IMG/VR virus record: IMGVR_UViG_3300044796_000401
Source of the DNA: a virus
Taxonomy: Duplodnaviria > Caudoviricetes
DNA: 64,000 nt
Direction: 5' to 3' (one strand)
The notes beneath the pieces are model-generated. The model saw only the letters and a list, made by a program, of their open reading frames with translations, had not been told where the DNA came from and made no database searches. Below are positions 49,796-59,779 of this stretch, in pieces. Every line of letters starts with the position of its first letter. Within the stretch, counting starts at the first letter, position 1. The position numbers were made by a program, and so were the translations under genes.

Positions 49796-51691
49796 TTACC
49801 CGGCTACGGTGGCTAGGTCCGCCTTAAGCTGCGCCGTGTTGAAGCCCGCGGGGTCCCAAGCGGCACCCAGCAGCGTGTGGGATTCGTCGCAGTACTTCTC
49901 CCAGAACGCTCGGGTCATCTTCTGGAGCATGCCCCACGTGATGCAGGTGATGGTCGTCGCGCCGCCCGCCATGGTGTCCTTGACGTGGTAGGCGGGGCAA
50001 TTATGGGCGAAAACGCCAGCGGACAAAGCAAAGTTGTGGTAGTCATCTACCGTAAGGTCGTACACGTCCTCATATCCTGCGAACTCTATCGAAACCACTT
50101 TATGGTTGGGGGAGGTCTCAGCCGCGTTTCTGTGGTGATCCAAGTAGGCCTCAAATGTATTGAATTTGCCTTTGTGCCACTTTTCATAGCAAGATTTCAG
50201 GCCGTTCATTCTTCTTGCTTTCCGCTGACAATCTGTGATAAACAAGTTGGAGGCGATACCGCCAAGCTCGCTAATTTTGGTCAAGTGAGCCCGATATTCT
50301 GGATCGTTCTGATATCTCTCTTTGTTTGTTTTCGAGAGAGTTTCAAGGGCCTCAGGAGTACGCGCCAAAGCAAGACTTTTTCGCCAAATCGCTTTTCCTT
50401 GAGCGGAGAGAATACTTTTATCAACCACTTGAAACCCACATCTGCCCTCTGCCTTCAGTAACTCCGTCGCTTTCTTACCGTTTTCAGCGAGTCTCAACAA
50501 GCTGGCGGCTCTCCATTCTGGGTCTGCCCACAATCTGGACATATTTTGTTGGGATATTTCTCGCCGCTCTGGACTCTGAGAATGGTACAGTTGATGGTCC
50601 ATCCACCGCATCCACTCCAGCATTTCCGGGCGATTGTCCCGTTGGTTGAAGTCGCTTGTTTCTGGGTTAAACTTGTGATGCACGACCCAACCACCGTGAT
50701 CCACGCCATCCGCATCGCGCCTGAGAATTTCAGGTTTGGGAAGTTCTGAAGCAATAATTTTGTGGGTAAACTGGGTATCTCTCCATTTTGATATCCGAAT
50801 CCTCTCATATCCTTTGCAGTCCCACCGATACAGCCCAACGAGAGATTCCCCGACTTCTGGAAATTTCCAAGTCCCATCCAGCATTTGAAAGGAGTGGTCT
50901 TTTGTTGCCTTGAAAGATTCTCCAGAATCTAAGGTAACTCTGTACACGGGAGCGTTCTCTTTAGTTTTTCTTACGCTATGTGCCCTACCGGGAACTAGTT
51001 TGTCCTTTTCGTAATCATAGCTATAGACCCAAAAATACTCATCTTTGAACTCTTCTTGTGCCTGCTTTATGGATACCTCCCGTCCGTCCAGCAGGGAAAC
51101 TTCGGTGTCTCCCGAAAGACAATAAACAGCGTGTCCGCCTGCGATCCCGCCGTCGTTCTTGACGACATCCCAAATCTGGCCGTTCTGGTTCTGGGTGATC
51201 GCCGAATTTGGCAATTGTAACCCGATGTAGATGCCGCCGAACTCCGCGATGGAATGCATGACGTGCCCGAAGTTCTGGGGCTGCGGGCTGACGTAAGCCA
51301 CGAGCACGTGCCCGCCGAACGTCTGGTTGTACCAGTCCTTGATGACGGTGCTTTCGACGCCGCCCTCATCGGTATTCGGATTGCCCGGCACATAGCCGTC
51401 CCACTGCTCGTACTTGGCTAGGATGAGGCTGTCCGGAGGGGTGGTCTTGCCCTTCGTCCAGACCTGCTCGGCGTGGCCGCAGGCGGCGACGGTGCAATCG
51501 CCCAATCCTGCCGCGGGAACCTTGCCCCCGTAGGTATTGGGTCCGTTTAGCATCATGCCCCAGTTCGTAATGCCCCAGGTGTTTTGGGCATACGGCGGCG
51601 GGACGTAGGTTGACAGCACATAGTCCTTCATGTGTGGTACGGTGGAATCGAACTTGGCGTCTTTCTTGCCGAACCTGTATTCAAATCGCAT
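49796..51691 (-). CDS. Papain-like cysteine peptidase interrupted by an intein
   Basis: GDCTVAA, GGIYIGLQLP, GGHAVY|CPAY, TWG; AGGAGG RBS. Confidence 0.7.
   Translation of the reverse strand: MRFEYRFGKKDAKFDSTVPHMKDYVLSTYVPPPYAQNTWGITNWGMMLNGPNTYGGKVPAAGLGDCTVAACGHAEQVWTKGKTTPPDSLILAKYEQWDGYVPGNPNTDEGGVESTVIKDWYNQTFGGHVLVAYVSPQPQNFGHVMHSIAEFGGIYIGLQLPNSAITQNQNGQIWDVVKNDGGIAGGHAVYCLSGDTEVSLLDGREVSIKQAQEEFKDEYFWVYSYDYEKDKLVPGRAHSVRKTKENAPVYRVTLDSGESFKATKDHSFQMLDGTWKFPEVGESLVGLYRWDCKGYERIRISKWRDTQFTHKIIASELPKPEILRRDADGVDHGGWVVHHKFNPETSDFNQRDNRPEMLEWMRWMDHQLYHSQSPERREISQQNMSRLWADPEWRAASLLRLAENGKKATELLKAEGRCGFQVVDKSILSAQGKAIWRKSLALARTPEALETLSKTNKERYQNDPEYRAHLTKISELGGIASNLFITDCQRKARRMNGLKSCYEKWHKGKFNTFEAYLDHHRNAAETSPNHKVVSIEFAGYEDVYDLTVDDYHNFALSAGVFAHNCPAYHVKDTMAGGATTITCITWGMLQKMTRAFWEKYCDESHTLLGAAWDPAGFNTAQLKADLATVAG
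50000..51121 (-). mobile_element. Intein (374 aa) carrying an HNH endonuclease
   Basis: Starts CLSGDTEV, ends VYDLTVDDYHNFALSAGVFAHN before Cys; internal VVHHK...DNRPEML. Confidence 0.9.
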
Positions 51692-51722
51692 CTGTGTTTC
51701 TCCTCCTAAAGGGGTTTGAAAG

Positions 51723-53717
51723 TTAGACTGAGGGGCGGTGGTGGTGATGGTGATGGCGGTGGCGGCGCTTATGGTGCTTGGGTTTGGGCGGCTCGTGATG
51801 GTGGTGGTGCTTGGGCTCGTGATGTCCCTCGTCAACCAGCTTGCGCATCATAGGCGGCTTGCCTTGCGCCGCATAGTAGCGGTGCGAAAGCTTGTCGTTC
51901 ACTCCAATCTCAGACTGATGCTCCCACATGCGCTCTTTCCAGTGGACCCATTCTCGCACTCCCTGTGGGCCGATTTGCGGATGCCAAAGATGCAAGACTT
52001 GGTTGGACAGGGTCTTGTGTGTCCAGTAAAGCGTATCCATCGCACGCATCGCAGCATGGTCTTCGCCACCCCAACCGCTATTGCCTGTAAAGTAGGTTTT
52101 GCCCTTACGCCTTGCCAACCATGTTTTATTTTCGGTTGTGGGGCACCAAACGACCCCTTCAAACATTACGGCAGTGTGCTTACCCTTGCATAGTTTGAAA
52201 CGGTCTTGCTGGCGTATTCTTAGGGCCGTCATACCATAGTCGTAGCCTTTTATCGTTTTCTCCGTATGTACGGATGTGCAATGACCGGCTAAGATACAAG
52301 CGAACTGAAAAGTGTCTATCGCAGCCGGATTTTTTTGCCCGAGTGCTGTTTCCCCATTTTTCGGCCTAACGTGACCGTCCCCTAGAATGGAGCATTCGAT
52401 AAACAGGTCAAGTTGGGGTTTTGTTAACGACAGCAAGAAATCATGGGACGGCACACGATTGGGGGCGTACTTTTGCAGGATCGATCCGGCTTCCGCATTC
52501 AAATTGAAAATTACGTTTCTTCGATCCGGACGTTCATTCCAACGAGGAATATCAGGCGCAATAGACGCCCCCCTGCGTGGAAAAGAGCTTGGTTTTCCAA
52601 AAGCCTTGATTAAAACCGTTCGTATACGTTCACATTTATCAGGATTAACAACAATCGACTGAGAAATAGCAACATTGCGACCGTGATGCCCGTTTCGCAG
52701 ACGGCTAATTGAACCTTCAGTCCAAAACCATGCTACACATTCAACAATTGCATCACTATATTTTGCAACAGCGGGAAGAGTGGCGTGCGGAGCCGCCATA
52801 GGAACCATGCTCTCGGAGGTAAAACCGCTGGAAGTCGCCCAGCCTCGGGTTTCTTCTTTTGAGCCCCAACCTGTCTTGGAGCGGTAATCTGGACGACAAA
52901 TAATAGGCCAATTGTGGTTCATGGTAGTCAACGAAGAATGAGTTTTGCTTTCAATTGACAACATTTTATGCTGGCCATAGTACACGTTGACGGCTTTCAC
53001 AGGCTGCCACTCGCTCAGCCCCGTGTTATGATTCAAAGTCAAAACTGCATCACCGACCCTTAATTCTTGGTAGAATTTCCAGCCTTGCTGTGTAAGGATT
53101 TGAGTTGAATCATCAACACAAAAACGTTCGTCCCAGCCTCCCACAAGCTCGAATGCTTCGCGGGGCATGATCTGGATCATCGCCCCGTACCAATGCCCGA
53201 CGTTGGGATCGGTGTCGCCCAAGATGGAGTCCCCGTCCGGAGGCGAGGGAAACACATAAGGCGATGCTGGGTCGGATTCCAGCAGAAAACACGACGCCTC
53301 CTCCGTCAGACGATAAAACTTGCGGTAGGGGACGAACCACAGCCTGCGGCCCCTCTTCCGTGCGCGGCGAATCTCCCTGACACAGTGGAGAACTGCGTTG
53401 GCGGGAACGTATCCGTCTGCATCTACGATCACAAACACGTCGCCGCTTGCCTTGGACGCCGCGTTGTTCACTGCGGCCGACTTGGAGAAAGGTTCACCCG
53501 AGTCATCGCCCAGGATGATCTCGGCACCCGGAAACTGGGCGGCCCAGTACTTCTTAAGCCATTCAACATTTCTTACACGGGAAGAAAATTTATCTGAGCA
53601 GCGGAATGGGATTAGGATGCTGACGCCGTGACCTTTGCGAAAACGCGGGGCGGCTGCATATGCGGCCCCGGCCGCAGCCGACAGGATCGCCACCACGGTG
53701 AGCAAAACGTTTATCAT
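51723..53717 (-). CDS. GT2-family glycosyltransferase with intein and His-rich tail
   Basis: ILIPFR, FSKSAAVN, VIVDAD, GGWDERF|SGWGGED. Confidence 0.8.
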   Translation of the reverse strand: MINVLLTVVAILSAAAGAAYAAAPRFRKGHGVSILIPFRCSDKFSSRVRNVEWLKKYWAAQFPGAEIILGDDSGEPFSKSAAVNNAASKASGDVFVIVDADGYVPANAVLHCVREIRRARKRGRRLWFVPYRKFYRLTEEASCFLLESDPASPYVFPSPPDGDSILGDTDPNVGHWYGAMIQIMPREAFELVGGWDERFCVDDSTQILTQQGWKFYQELRVGDAVLTLNHNTGLSEWQPVKAVNVYYGQHKMLSIESKTHSSLTTMNHNWPIICRPDYRSKTGWGSKEETRGWATSSGFTSESMVPMAAPHATLPAVAKYSDAIVECVAWFWTEGSISRLRNGHHGRNVAISQSIVVNPDKCERIRTVLIKAFGKPSSFPRRGASIAPDIPRWNERPDRRNVIFNLNAEAGSILQKYAPNRVPSHDFLLSLTKPQLDLFIECSILGDGHVRPKNGETALGQKNPAAIDTFQFACILAGHCTSVHTEKTIKGYDYGMTALRIRQQDRFKLCKGKHTAVMFEGVVWCPTTENKTWLARRKGKTYFTGNSGWGGEDHAAMRAMDTLYWTHKTLSNQVLHLWHPQIGPQGVREWVHWKERMWEHQSEIGVNDKLSHRYYAAQGKPPMMRKLVDEGHHEPKHHHHHEPPKPKHHKRRHRHHHHHHRPSV
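52080..53120 (-). mobile_element. Intein (347 aa) with LAGLIDADG-type endonuclease
   Basis: Starts CVDDSTQILT, ends VWCPTTENKTWLARRKGKTYFTGN before Ser. Confidence 0.9.
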
Positions 53718-53718
53718 T

Positions 53719-54450
53719 TTAGTTCCCCCTTAAGAGGCTAAGAAAGTCATCCCCATGCATATCATGTTTATGATAGTTACAGGATATGCAAGCACGAACT
53801 AAGTTCCACCAATGGTCGGTACCTCCTTTAGCTAGGGGGTTATAGTGGTCGTCCTGTTCACCGAGATCACCGCAGTAAAAACAAGGGTCGTTGGCAATGG
53901 CTTTTCGATAGGCTTTTGACAGTTCTATATCAAAAGCGTCCATATTAGCGGCTACACGAGTTCTACGACGGGCACAGTATGCGTGGCTGGTTTCTGGGTG
54001 GGCTTTTTTCCACTTACGGTTCAACTCATTACACCGTGCCAAATTGTTACGTTTCCATCTACGGTGGTTTTCATACGCCCGTTCTGGATTGTTGTGTCTC
54101 CATTGTAAAGACCTATCTTTTATCTTCGCTTGATGGGCTTTGTAGTATTCGGCGAGGGTAGCTGCCACCTTTTCTGGGTTATCTTCACAATATTTCTTTG
54201 ATCTCGCTCGTACTTCATTCCTATGTGTTAAATATCGTTGATGATCCTGTTTTTTGATCTCTTCCAAATGGGCCTTTCGATATCGGGTGTTGATTTCAAC
54301 ATTTTTTCCAGAGGCTATTCGCTTTCTCATTTGTTCCCGTGTGTTGCACAACTTGCATCGAACATTAAGGCGGGACACCGAAGCAGTGCATTCTTTGCCC
54401 GCAGTCCCAACACACACGTGCTTTAACGCGAATTTATAGCCCGTTCTCAT
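53719..54450 (-). CDS. HNH endonuclease
   Basis: CFYCG...DDHYNPLAKGG...NLVRACISCNYHK. Confidence 0.85.
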   Translation of the reverse strand: MRTGYKFALKHVCVGTAGKECTASVSRLNVRCKLCNTREQMRKRIASGKNVEINTRYRKAHLEEIKKQDHQRYLTHRNEVRARSKKYCEDNPEKVAATLAEYYKAHQAKIKDRSLQWRHNNPERAYENHRRWKRNNLARCNELNRKWKKAHPETSHAYCARRRTRVAANMDAFDIELSKAYRKAIANDPCFYCGDLGEQDDHYNPLAKGGTDHWWNLVRACISCNYHKHDMHGDDFLSLLRGN

Positions 54451-55232
54451 TGCCCCTTCCTTATGGCATCCTTCAAAGCTCGGTATGCGTCATATATTTC
54501 GAATTTTCGATCTTCAACCCGAAATCGAGATGGGGCGGTTACTTTGCCGATTTCGAGCGGAGTTTGAATTGACGCACTATAGTCTTTGAATTTATACAAA
54601 CCCCCATCTTTCTCCATTGCCGAGCACATTTCTACCCGGCGCGGGATGGCAAAAGCGTCCGCGGCGATCATTCCGTGCAGCGAAGAGGTCACGATCTTGC
54701 GGCACGCGCCGATCTGGCGCAGCACCTCCAGCGGGTCTCCGCTCGGGTTGATGACCTTGGTGATGTAGGGCTTTTGAATCAGGGGGATAAACCTTGCCGC
54801 CAATTCCTTGTCCTGCCAATGGGGAACGATCCCCAGGTCCCATTGCTTTTCCTGCGGCCCGACAAGCTCGTCGGCCAGTATGCCGGGATCGCCCAAGGCG
54901 AAGCTGCCCGGTATTCCCCTCGCCGACAGCGGCCCGCGTATGGCGAGAATCTTGGCGGTCACGCCGGACCTAAGCTGCTGCAATTGCAGACGGGAGTTTT
55001 CGATCAGCCTGCCGGACCCGAGGATGTAGCCGTCCCAGAGCGGCGGGATGTGCTCAAGGATCGAGCCCACCGAGACTATCGAGGAATGGGAAATCGTGTC
55101 CCACTCGACTTCGATCTCGGCAAAGTGTTCGAGCAGGAGCGGAGCTATGGCGTCGCCGAAATTGGGAACCTGGTTCCACCAATAAGCTTTAACTGGACGC
55201 TTCCTAAAAGGGTTTTTGAATCCAAGCTTCAT
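54447..55232 (-). CDS. Polysaccharide pyruvyl transferase family protein
   Basis: NFGD, VGSIL, AIRGPLS, LGDPGIL, GIVPHW, TSSLHGMIAADAF.IP. Confidence 0.8.
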   Translation of the reverse strand: MKLGFKNPFRKRPVKAYWWNQVPNFGDAIAPLLLEHFAEIEVEWDTISHSSIVSVGSILEHIPPLWDGYILGSGRLIENSRLQLQQLRSGVTAKILAIRGPLSARGIPGSFALGDPGILADELVGPQEKQWDLGIVPHWQDKELAARFIPLIQKPYITKVINPSGDPLEVLRQIGACRKIVTSSLHGMIAADAFAIPRRVEMCSAMEKDGGLYKFKDYSASIQTPLEIGKVTAPSRFRVEDRKFEIYDAYRALKDAIRKGQ

Positions 55233-55358
55233 CGCCCGGCCGCCTCACTCAAAGGGGCAAAAAGTCGGGCGAAAATTATCTCACTGGCAATGCGAAAAAG
55301 CCCAATAAAAAAGCCCCTCCGGAGAGAGAGGCTCAAAATTTCTGCTTGCGGGTTTTTG

Positions 55359-55991
55359 CTAGCTGTGGTCGTCGTCCCCGGCTGCGATTATTTCCTCGGA
55401 GCGTTGGTCGCTAATGGCAGCGATGTGCACGGCTTCTCGGGTTGCCTCGTCGGCCGCTTCTATGGTGGCATCGCATTCTTCGGGCCGGGATATCGACCCC
55501 CCCGTGGTTTCGGCCGCCTCATCAGGGGTATCTGCTAATTCCGGTTCCGGTTCTTGAGGGGATTCGGCTCCCGGCGTCTCGGTCGGGACGACGGTCATGG
55601 GCTGGCCGGGCTGCTGGATCGGCTGGACCGCATAAGTAAAGACGAATGACGCCGCCTCCGCCGCTTCCGTCACGCCCTCGGGAAGCTCCCACTTGATGTT
55701 GATGCGCTGATCCTTGAAGGATTCCGTCTCCTCCTTGGTGAGCACTACCTTGTCGCCCGATTTCTTGAGCAGGCAGGCGCAGAGGACGGAGAGGCGGCTG
55801 TTCTGCGAGGATAGTTCCCGGTACTGGGTGAAGAACTTCCCGATCATGGTGCCGGGATCGAACCGCATCGCCTCATTGTCCTTCTCAAGTTGGTCGATAT
55901 ATTTGACCGCTTGGGTGAGGGTCTGGCGCTTCATCGCGTTTTTCTGCCGCAGGTATCCCGGAGTGCCCTTCTTAGGTTTTCTTTGGGCCAT
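55359..55991 (-). CDS. Hypothetical protein with acidic tail
   Basis: AGGAAG RBS; coiled-coil N-terminus. Confidence 0.6.
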   Translation of the reverse strand: MAQRKPKKGTPGYLRQKNAMKRQTLTQAVKYIDQLEKDNEAMRFDPGTMIGKFFTQYRELSSQNSRLSVLCACLLKKSGDKVVLTKEETESFKDQRINIKWELPEGVTEAAEAASFVFTYAVQPIQQPGQPMTVVPTETPGAESPQEPEPELADTPDEAAETTGGSISRPEECDATIEAADEATREAVHIAAISDQRSEEIIAAGDDDHS

Positions 55992-56131
55992 CTGATCTTC
56001 CTTTCGCCTTGCACACAGCGCAGAAATTGGGAATGACCTGCACCGGGGGCTCCCCCCAGCATCCGCAGCCCCTCACGACAACCCTGCCGCAGGAGCATTT
56101 GATGGTGCCTTGTTTGGGCCTTCCGCCCAAC

Positions 56132-56392
56132 TTACTTCGCCTTTTTGGATTTCTTCGCCTTCTTGGGCTTGGCCGTGGTCTCGTCGCTCTTCACCACGCG
56201 GGCGCTGGTGTCCACGCCCGGCTTCGGCGGGGCGTCCGGGGCGTTGATCTTCTCGTCGAAGCCCAGTTCGCTGCCGATGTAGTGCTCCAGCCCTATCGAA
56301 TCGTCATAGGTCAATTCGCTGGTTTTCTTGAACCTCATGCCGTCCGCAGTGAAGTACGTACCGGCCTTGATCGCAGAGAAATTTTTTCCCAT
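56132..56392 (-). CDS. Hypothetical protein with Lys-rich tail
   Basis: AAAGGA RBS. Confidence 0.55.
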   Translation of the reverse strand: MGKNFSAIKAGTYFTADGMRFKKTSELTYDDSIGLEHYIGSELGFDEKINAPDAPPKPGVDTSARVVKSDETTAKPKKAKKSKKAK

Positions 56393-56494
56393 AGTTTGTC
56401 CTTTAGCCCGTGGGGCCATCGCTGGTTAATACTGCTTTTCCCATAGTTTGTCCTTTAGCCCGTGGGGCCATCGCTGGTTAATACTGCTTTTCCC
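56384..56494. repeat. 52-bp exact tandem duplication
   Basis: TTTTCCCATAGTTTGTCCTTTAGCCCGTGGGGCCATCGCTGGTTAATACTGC x2, then TTTTCCC. Confidence 0.92.
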
Positions 56495-56871
56495 CGTTTC
56501 TCCACCTTTTTCTTCTCGGCCCTCGCCCGGCGCATCAAGAGGGTCTTTGCCAGATGGTGCTCATAGCATAGGGCCCTCAAATTTGATAGCTCAAAGAAGC
56601 TGCCGCCATCCGCCAACTCGACGATGTGATCGACATCGGAGGCCCAATTCCCGCAAATCTGGCACTTGCGGCGGTCGCGGCGGAGGACGCTCGCCCGGAT
56701 ATACCGCCACTCGACCCGGCGAAGGACTTCCCTGAGGCATTTCTTGTCGCACCAGGCGGTCCTGCGGCCCGTGAGCGCCTTTCCGCAATAGCGGCAGTGC
56801 CAGCCATCGGCCTCTTTCCGCGCGGGGAAATCGTCCCATGCAAGCTGATTCGCAGACCTTTTTACGCCCAT
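56455..56871 (-). CDS. HNH endonuclease
   Basis: CQICG...DVDHIVELADGG...NLRALCYEHH. Confidence 0.85.
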   Translation of the reverse strand: MGVKRSANQLAWDDFPARKEADGWHCRYCGKALTGRRTAWCDKKCLREVLRRVEWRYIRASVLRRDRRKCQICGNWASDVDHIVELADGGSFFELSNLRALCYEHHLAKTLLMRRARAEKKKVEKRGKAVLTSDGPTG

Positions 56872-57244
56872 GCTAATGGGCTTTGAAGCGGAGACTCCCA
56901 AGACGACATGGGCCGGTCGGAGGACGAGCAATAGCCCTCTTCCGGCCAAGCGACCGAGGATTCCGTTGGCTCGTCCTTTTCTTCTAGTCGATCTTCCGCC
57001 ATTTCCAGCAACTCCCCGTAATTATAAACTCATGCTTGCATATCCAGCACTGGGCCCGGTTTCCCAATTCGATGCCTGTGCCATCCGGACAGATGATTTC
57101 CTGAGCGCCGCATTTGGGACATGTCAGGTCTTCCGCTTCTTTGGGCCAGCTACCGTCGTTTTGGCGAGGGTAGCGAGTGTAGAATGCGTACAGATGCTCC
57201 CCCGCCGCCGAGTAGTTGTAATCCACGAGACTCAATACCGCGGA

Positions 57245-57708
57245 TTAGGCTGTTTCTCCCTTTGCTTCCGAAGTTGAGACTTCCCCGGCTTCCGCGGGCG
57301 CGCCCGTGCTCAGATCGACCACGAAAGAGGCGACGGCGGAATTGCGGGCCGGTGCGCTCGCGAAAGTGACGTTGCCCGTCAGGGCGTTCACGCTCGCCCC
57401 GCTGATGGCGGCGTCCGGCAAGCCGCTGCCGCAAGCGGTGCTGGCGAAGGTAAGGCCCGCATCGTTCACGAAATTCGACGTGCCGATGGTCGGGTTGGAA
57501 GCGTTGACGCTCCCGGCATTGCCAGTGCGGACGACGTTCCTGGCCGTGTTCAAGTTTTGGGTGGTAGTGGTTGGCTGCTGGTACGGAGTAGTCGTCCAGT
57601 TCCCGTTCTGCCAGTAGCCGTTTTGGGGCTGGGGCCACGTGTAGTACTCCCCACGAGCCTTATAGGCTCGCCGTCCACAAAGACCTCATACGTGCGTCCG
57701 TGATTCAT
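57245..57708 (-). pseudogene. Chimeric remnant: 22 codons of a GIY-like endonuclease N-terminus joined out of frame to a Thr/Ala/Asn-rich ORF
   Basis: MNHGRTYEVFVDGEPIRLVGST (ATG 57708) matches MTSGRTYEVFVDGKPAGLVGST of ORF 30648. Confidence 0.5.
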
Positions 57709-58241
57709 AAACTATTTACGCTTACTTGCACCAGATTGCTGCTGGCGAAGAACTGCACGCTGCCGTCCGTCTGCGTGAAGACCGAGGACGGGAGAACCTG
57801 AAACTGGATCGCTCCTCCGGGAATGCTGGGGCTGCTGGGAGCGACCGTGATATCCGGAACGGGATAGCTCACGACATCGGACTTGCGTCCCGTGCAGGCG
57901 TCCGGAGCCGAGTACAAGGTGATCGTAGAGCTCGTGTACACCGCCCAGTACGATGCGTTCGGAGGAGCCTGACCGAAGCTGGGAGCGGTCGCGATGTAAG
58001 TATTCGGCGGGCTGCCAGCAACGTTGACGACCTGCCCCACGGTGTAGTTGACAGTAGCGCTCCATGCCGGGGCGGAGGCGGCTGGCAGGCTGTAGAACGT
58101 CACCAAGTCGCGCCCAGTGGCGGTGAAATAATTCCCGTTGAGAGGGTCGCAGGCGACGAAGACCGGGTTCAGCGCGGGAGATGACGCCCCCGTGGGCTGA
58201 AGCGTGAGCAATGCTCTATTGGATACGGCTGTTTTTGGCAT
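57705..58241 (-). CDS. Probable virion protein with CBM5/12-like module
   Basis: PAWSATVNYTVGQVV....NTYIA......PP...YW. Confidence 0.5.
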   Translation of the reverse strand: MPKTAVSNRALLTLQPTGASSPALNPVFVACDPLNGNYFTATGRDLVTFYSLPAASAPAWSATVNYTVGQVVNVAGSPPNTYIATAPSFGQAPPNASYWAVYTSSTITLYSAPDACTGRKSDVVSYPVPDITVAPSSPSIPGGAIQFQVLPSSVFTQTDGSVQFFASSNLVQVSVNSL

Positions 58242-58290
58242 GTTAACCCCCTAACCTCTATGTCGTACAAATCTATGGGCGGAACGGGCA

Positions 58291-58848
58291 TTAAGAGACC
58301 CCCACTACTTTGAATTTCGTAGTTCTAAGTTTAAGCTGCTGCAAAGCTTGAGCCATACACAGCCATTCGTCATGAGTATAGCGGTTAGTTTTTGAGAGGT
58401 TGCAACGGGCGCAGCAGACGACCAAATTTTCTTCCAGATACCCAACTTTGGGGTCTTTACGATCAAGTCGATAAGCCTGAATTCCCTGGGGCTTCCACGT
58501 TATGACTTCTCCGCAATAGTGGCAAACAGTGACTTTGGTGTACCCTAGAAATTTTTCGTACGAAATTTGAACGTCGGCATTCATTAATTTTGCCATGCGT
58601 TTCAGGTTGTTGTAGGCCGCTTCGAAAGGACGAAGTTTGTTCGCCTCGCTGCGTTCATGTTGGATTTCCCGCTGCAAGCAGCCACAGCTTTTGCTATTTC
58701 CGCTCGTGAGGTTGCCGCCTTGAACTGTGACTTCTTTGCCGCATCTACACCTGCAATCCCAATGGATAAAGCGAGTCGCCGATACACCCCGCCGAAGGAC
58801 AGTCAATCTGCCAAACTTTCTTCCCGTAAGATCAACAAATTTAGGCAC
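58291..58848 (-). CDS. HNH homing endonuclease
   Basis: DLTGRKFGRLTV..WDCRCRCG..SCGC; CHYCG..LDRKDP..GY...N.V.CC.RCN..K. Confidence 0.85.
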   Translation of the reverse strand: MPKFVDLTGRKFGRLTVLRRGVSATRFIHWDCRCRCGKEVTVQGGNLTSGNSKSCGCLQREIQHERSEANKLRPFEAAYNNLKRMAKLMNADVQISYEKFLGYTKVTVCHYCGEVITWKPQGIQAYRLDRKDPKVGYLEENLVVCCARCNLSKTNRYTHDEWLCMAQALQQLKLRTTKFKVVGVS

Positions 58849-59015
58849 TTTTGCTAAATAACGCCTCTACCGCCGAGACAATGCGACCCGCAATGCCGGG
58901 GTATTTGATGGCAAAGAACATGCCACCGAAAAAGACAACAACTGCAAGGACAAACTCAAGTACAATTTTAAATAACTCAAACATATAAAATCACCCCTAT
59001 GAAAGAGGGTGGTAG

Positions 59016-59747
59016 TCAGACGTTTCTTGGGGTGTGGACGATTTCGAACCTGCCGTCCGGGTGCTCTACAACAGCCGAACAGTGCTCCAGCCAATCACCC
59101 GCATTGACATAAATCAATCCGTTTATTTCCTTGATGACGGGAGAGTGTATGTGCCCGCAGATCACCCCATCGCAGCCCTTGGTCCGGGCGTACTCGACGG
59201 CGATCTCCTCGAATTCCCGCATATAGGTCACCGCTTCCTTGACCCGCTTTTTCAGGTAGGCGCTGAGGCTCCAATGGGGCATATGCAGCCAGCCCCGGAC
59301 TTTGTGGACGATATGATTGAAGACAATGGTCATGTCGTAGGCCCAGCTTCCGACCTTCATCATCCAGATCGGAACATGCGTATCGAACTGGTGCCCGTGG
59401 ATGACAAGGTACCGTTTGCCGTCCGCCGCGGTATAAATGTACTCGTGCTGCACGGTGACCTGCCCGAGCGCCGTGCCGAGAAGGAATTCGAAGAACTCGT
59501 CGTGGTTGCCGGGTATCAGCAGGATTTGCGCCCCTTTGCGTCCCTTGCGGAGAATTTTCTGTATCACGTCATTGTGGGATTGCGGCCAATAGAACCGACG
59601 CCTGAAGGACCAGCCGTCGATGAAATCGCCGACGAGCCCGAATACATCGGCGTCGGTGTCACGAAGAAAACGAAGGAACGCCCTGTCCTGCGAAAGCGGG
59701 TTGCCTAAGTGGTGGTCGGAGGTCCAAACGCTACGGTATCGGTTCAT
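59016..59747 (-). CDS. LpxH-like UDP-2,3-diacylglucosamine hydrolase / metallophosphoesterase
   Basis: SDHHLG, LVGDFIDGW, PGNHDE, IHGHQFD, CGHIH, N.GDWLEH.SA.VE..DG. Confidence 0.85.
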   Translation of the reverse strand: MNRYRSVWTSDHHLGNPLSQDRAFLRFLRDTDADVFGLVGDFIDGWSFRRRFYWPQSHNDVIQKILRKGRKGAQILLIPGNHDEFFEFLLGTALGQVTVQHEYIYTAADGKRYLVIHGHQFDTHVPIWMMKVGSWAYDMTIVFNHIVHKVRGWLHMPHWSLSAYLKKRVKEAVTYMREFEEIAVEYARTKGCDGVICGHIHSPVIKEINGLIYVNAGDWLEHCSAVVEHPDGRFEIVHTPRNV

Positions 59748-59779
59748 TTTGCCTCTCACCAATTAGGCGGGAAGCTGGG

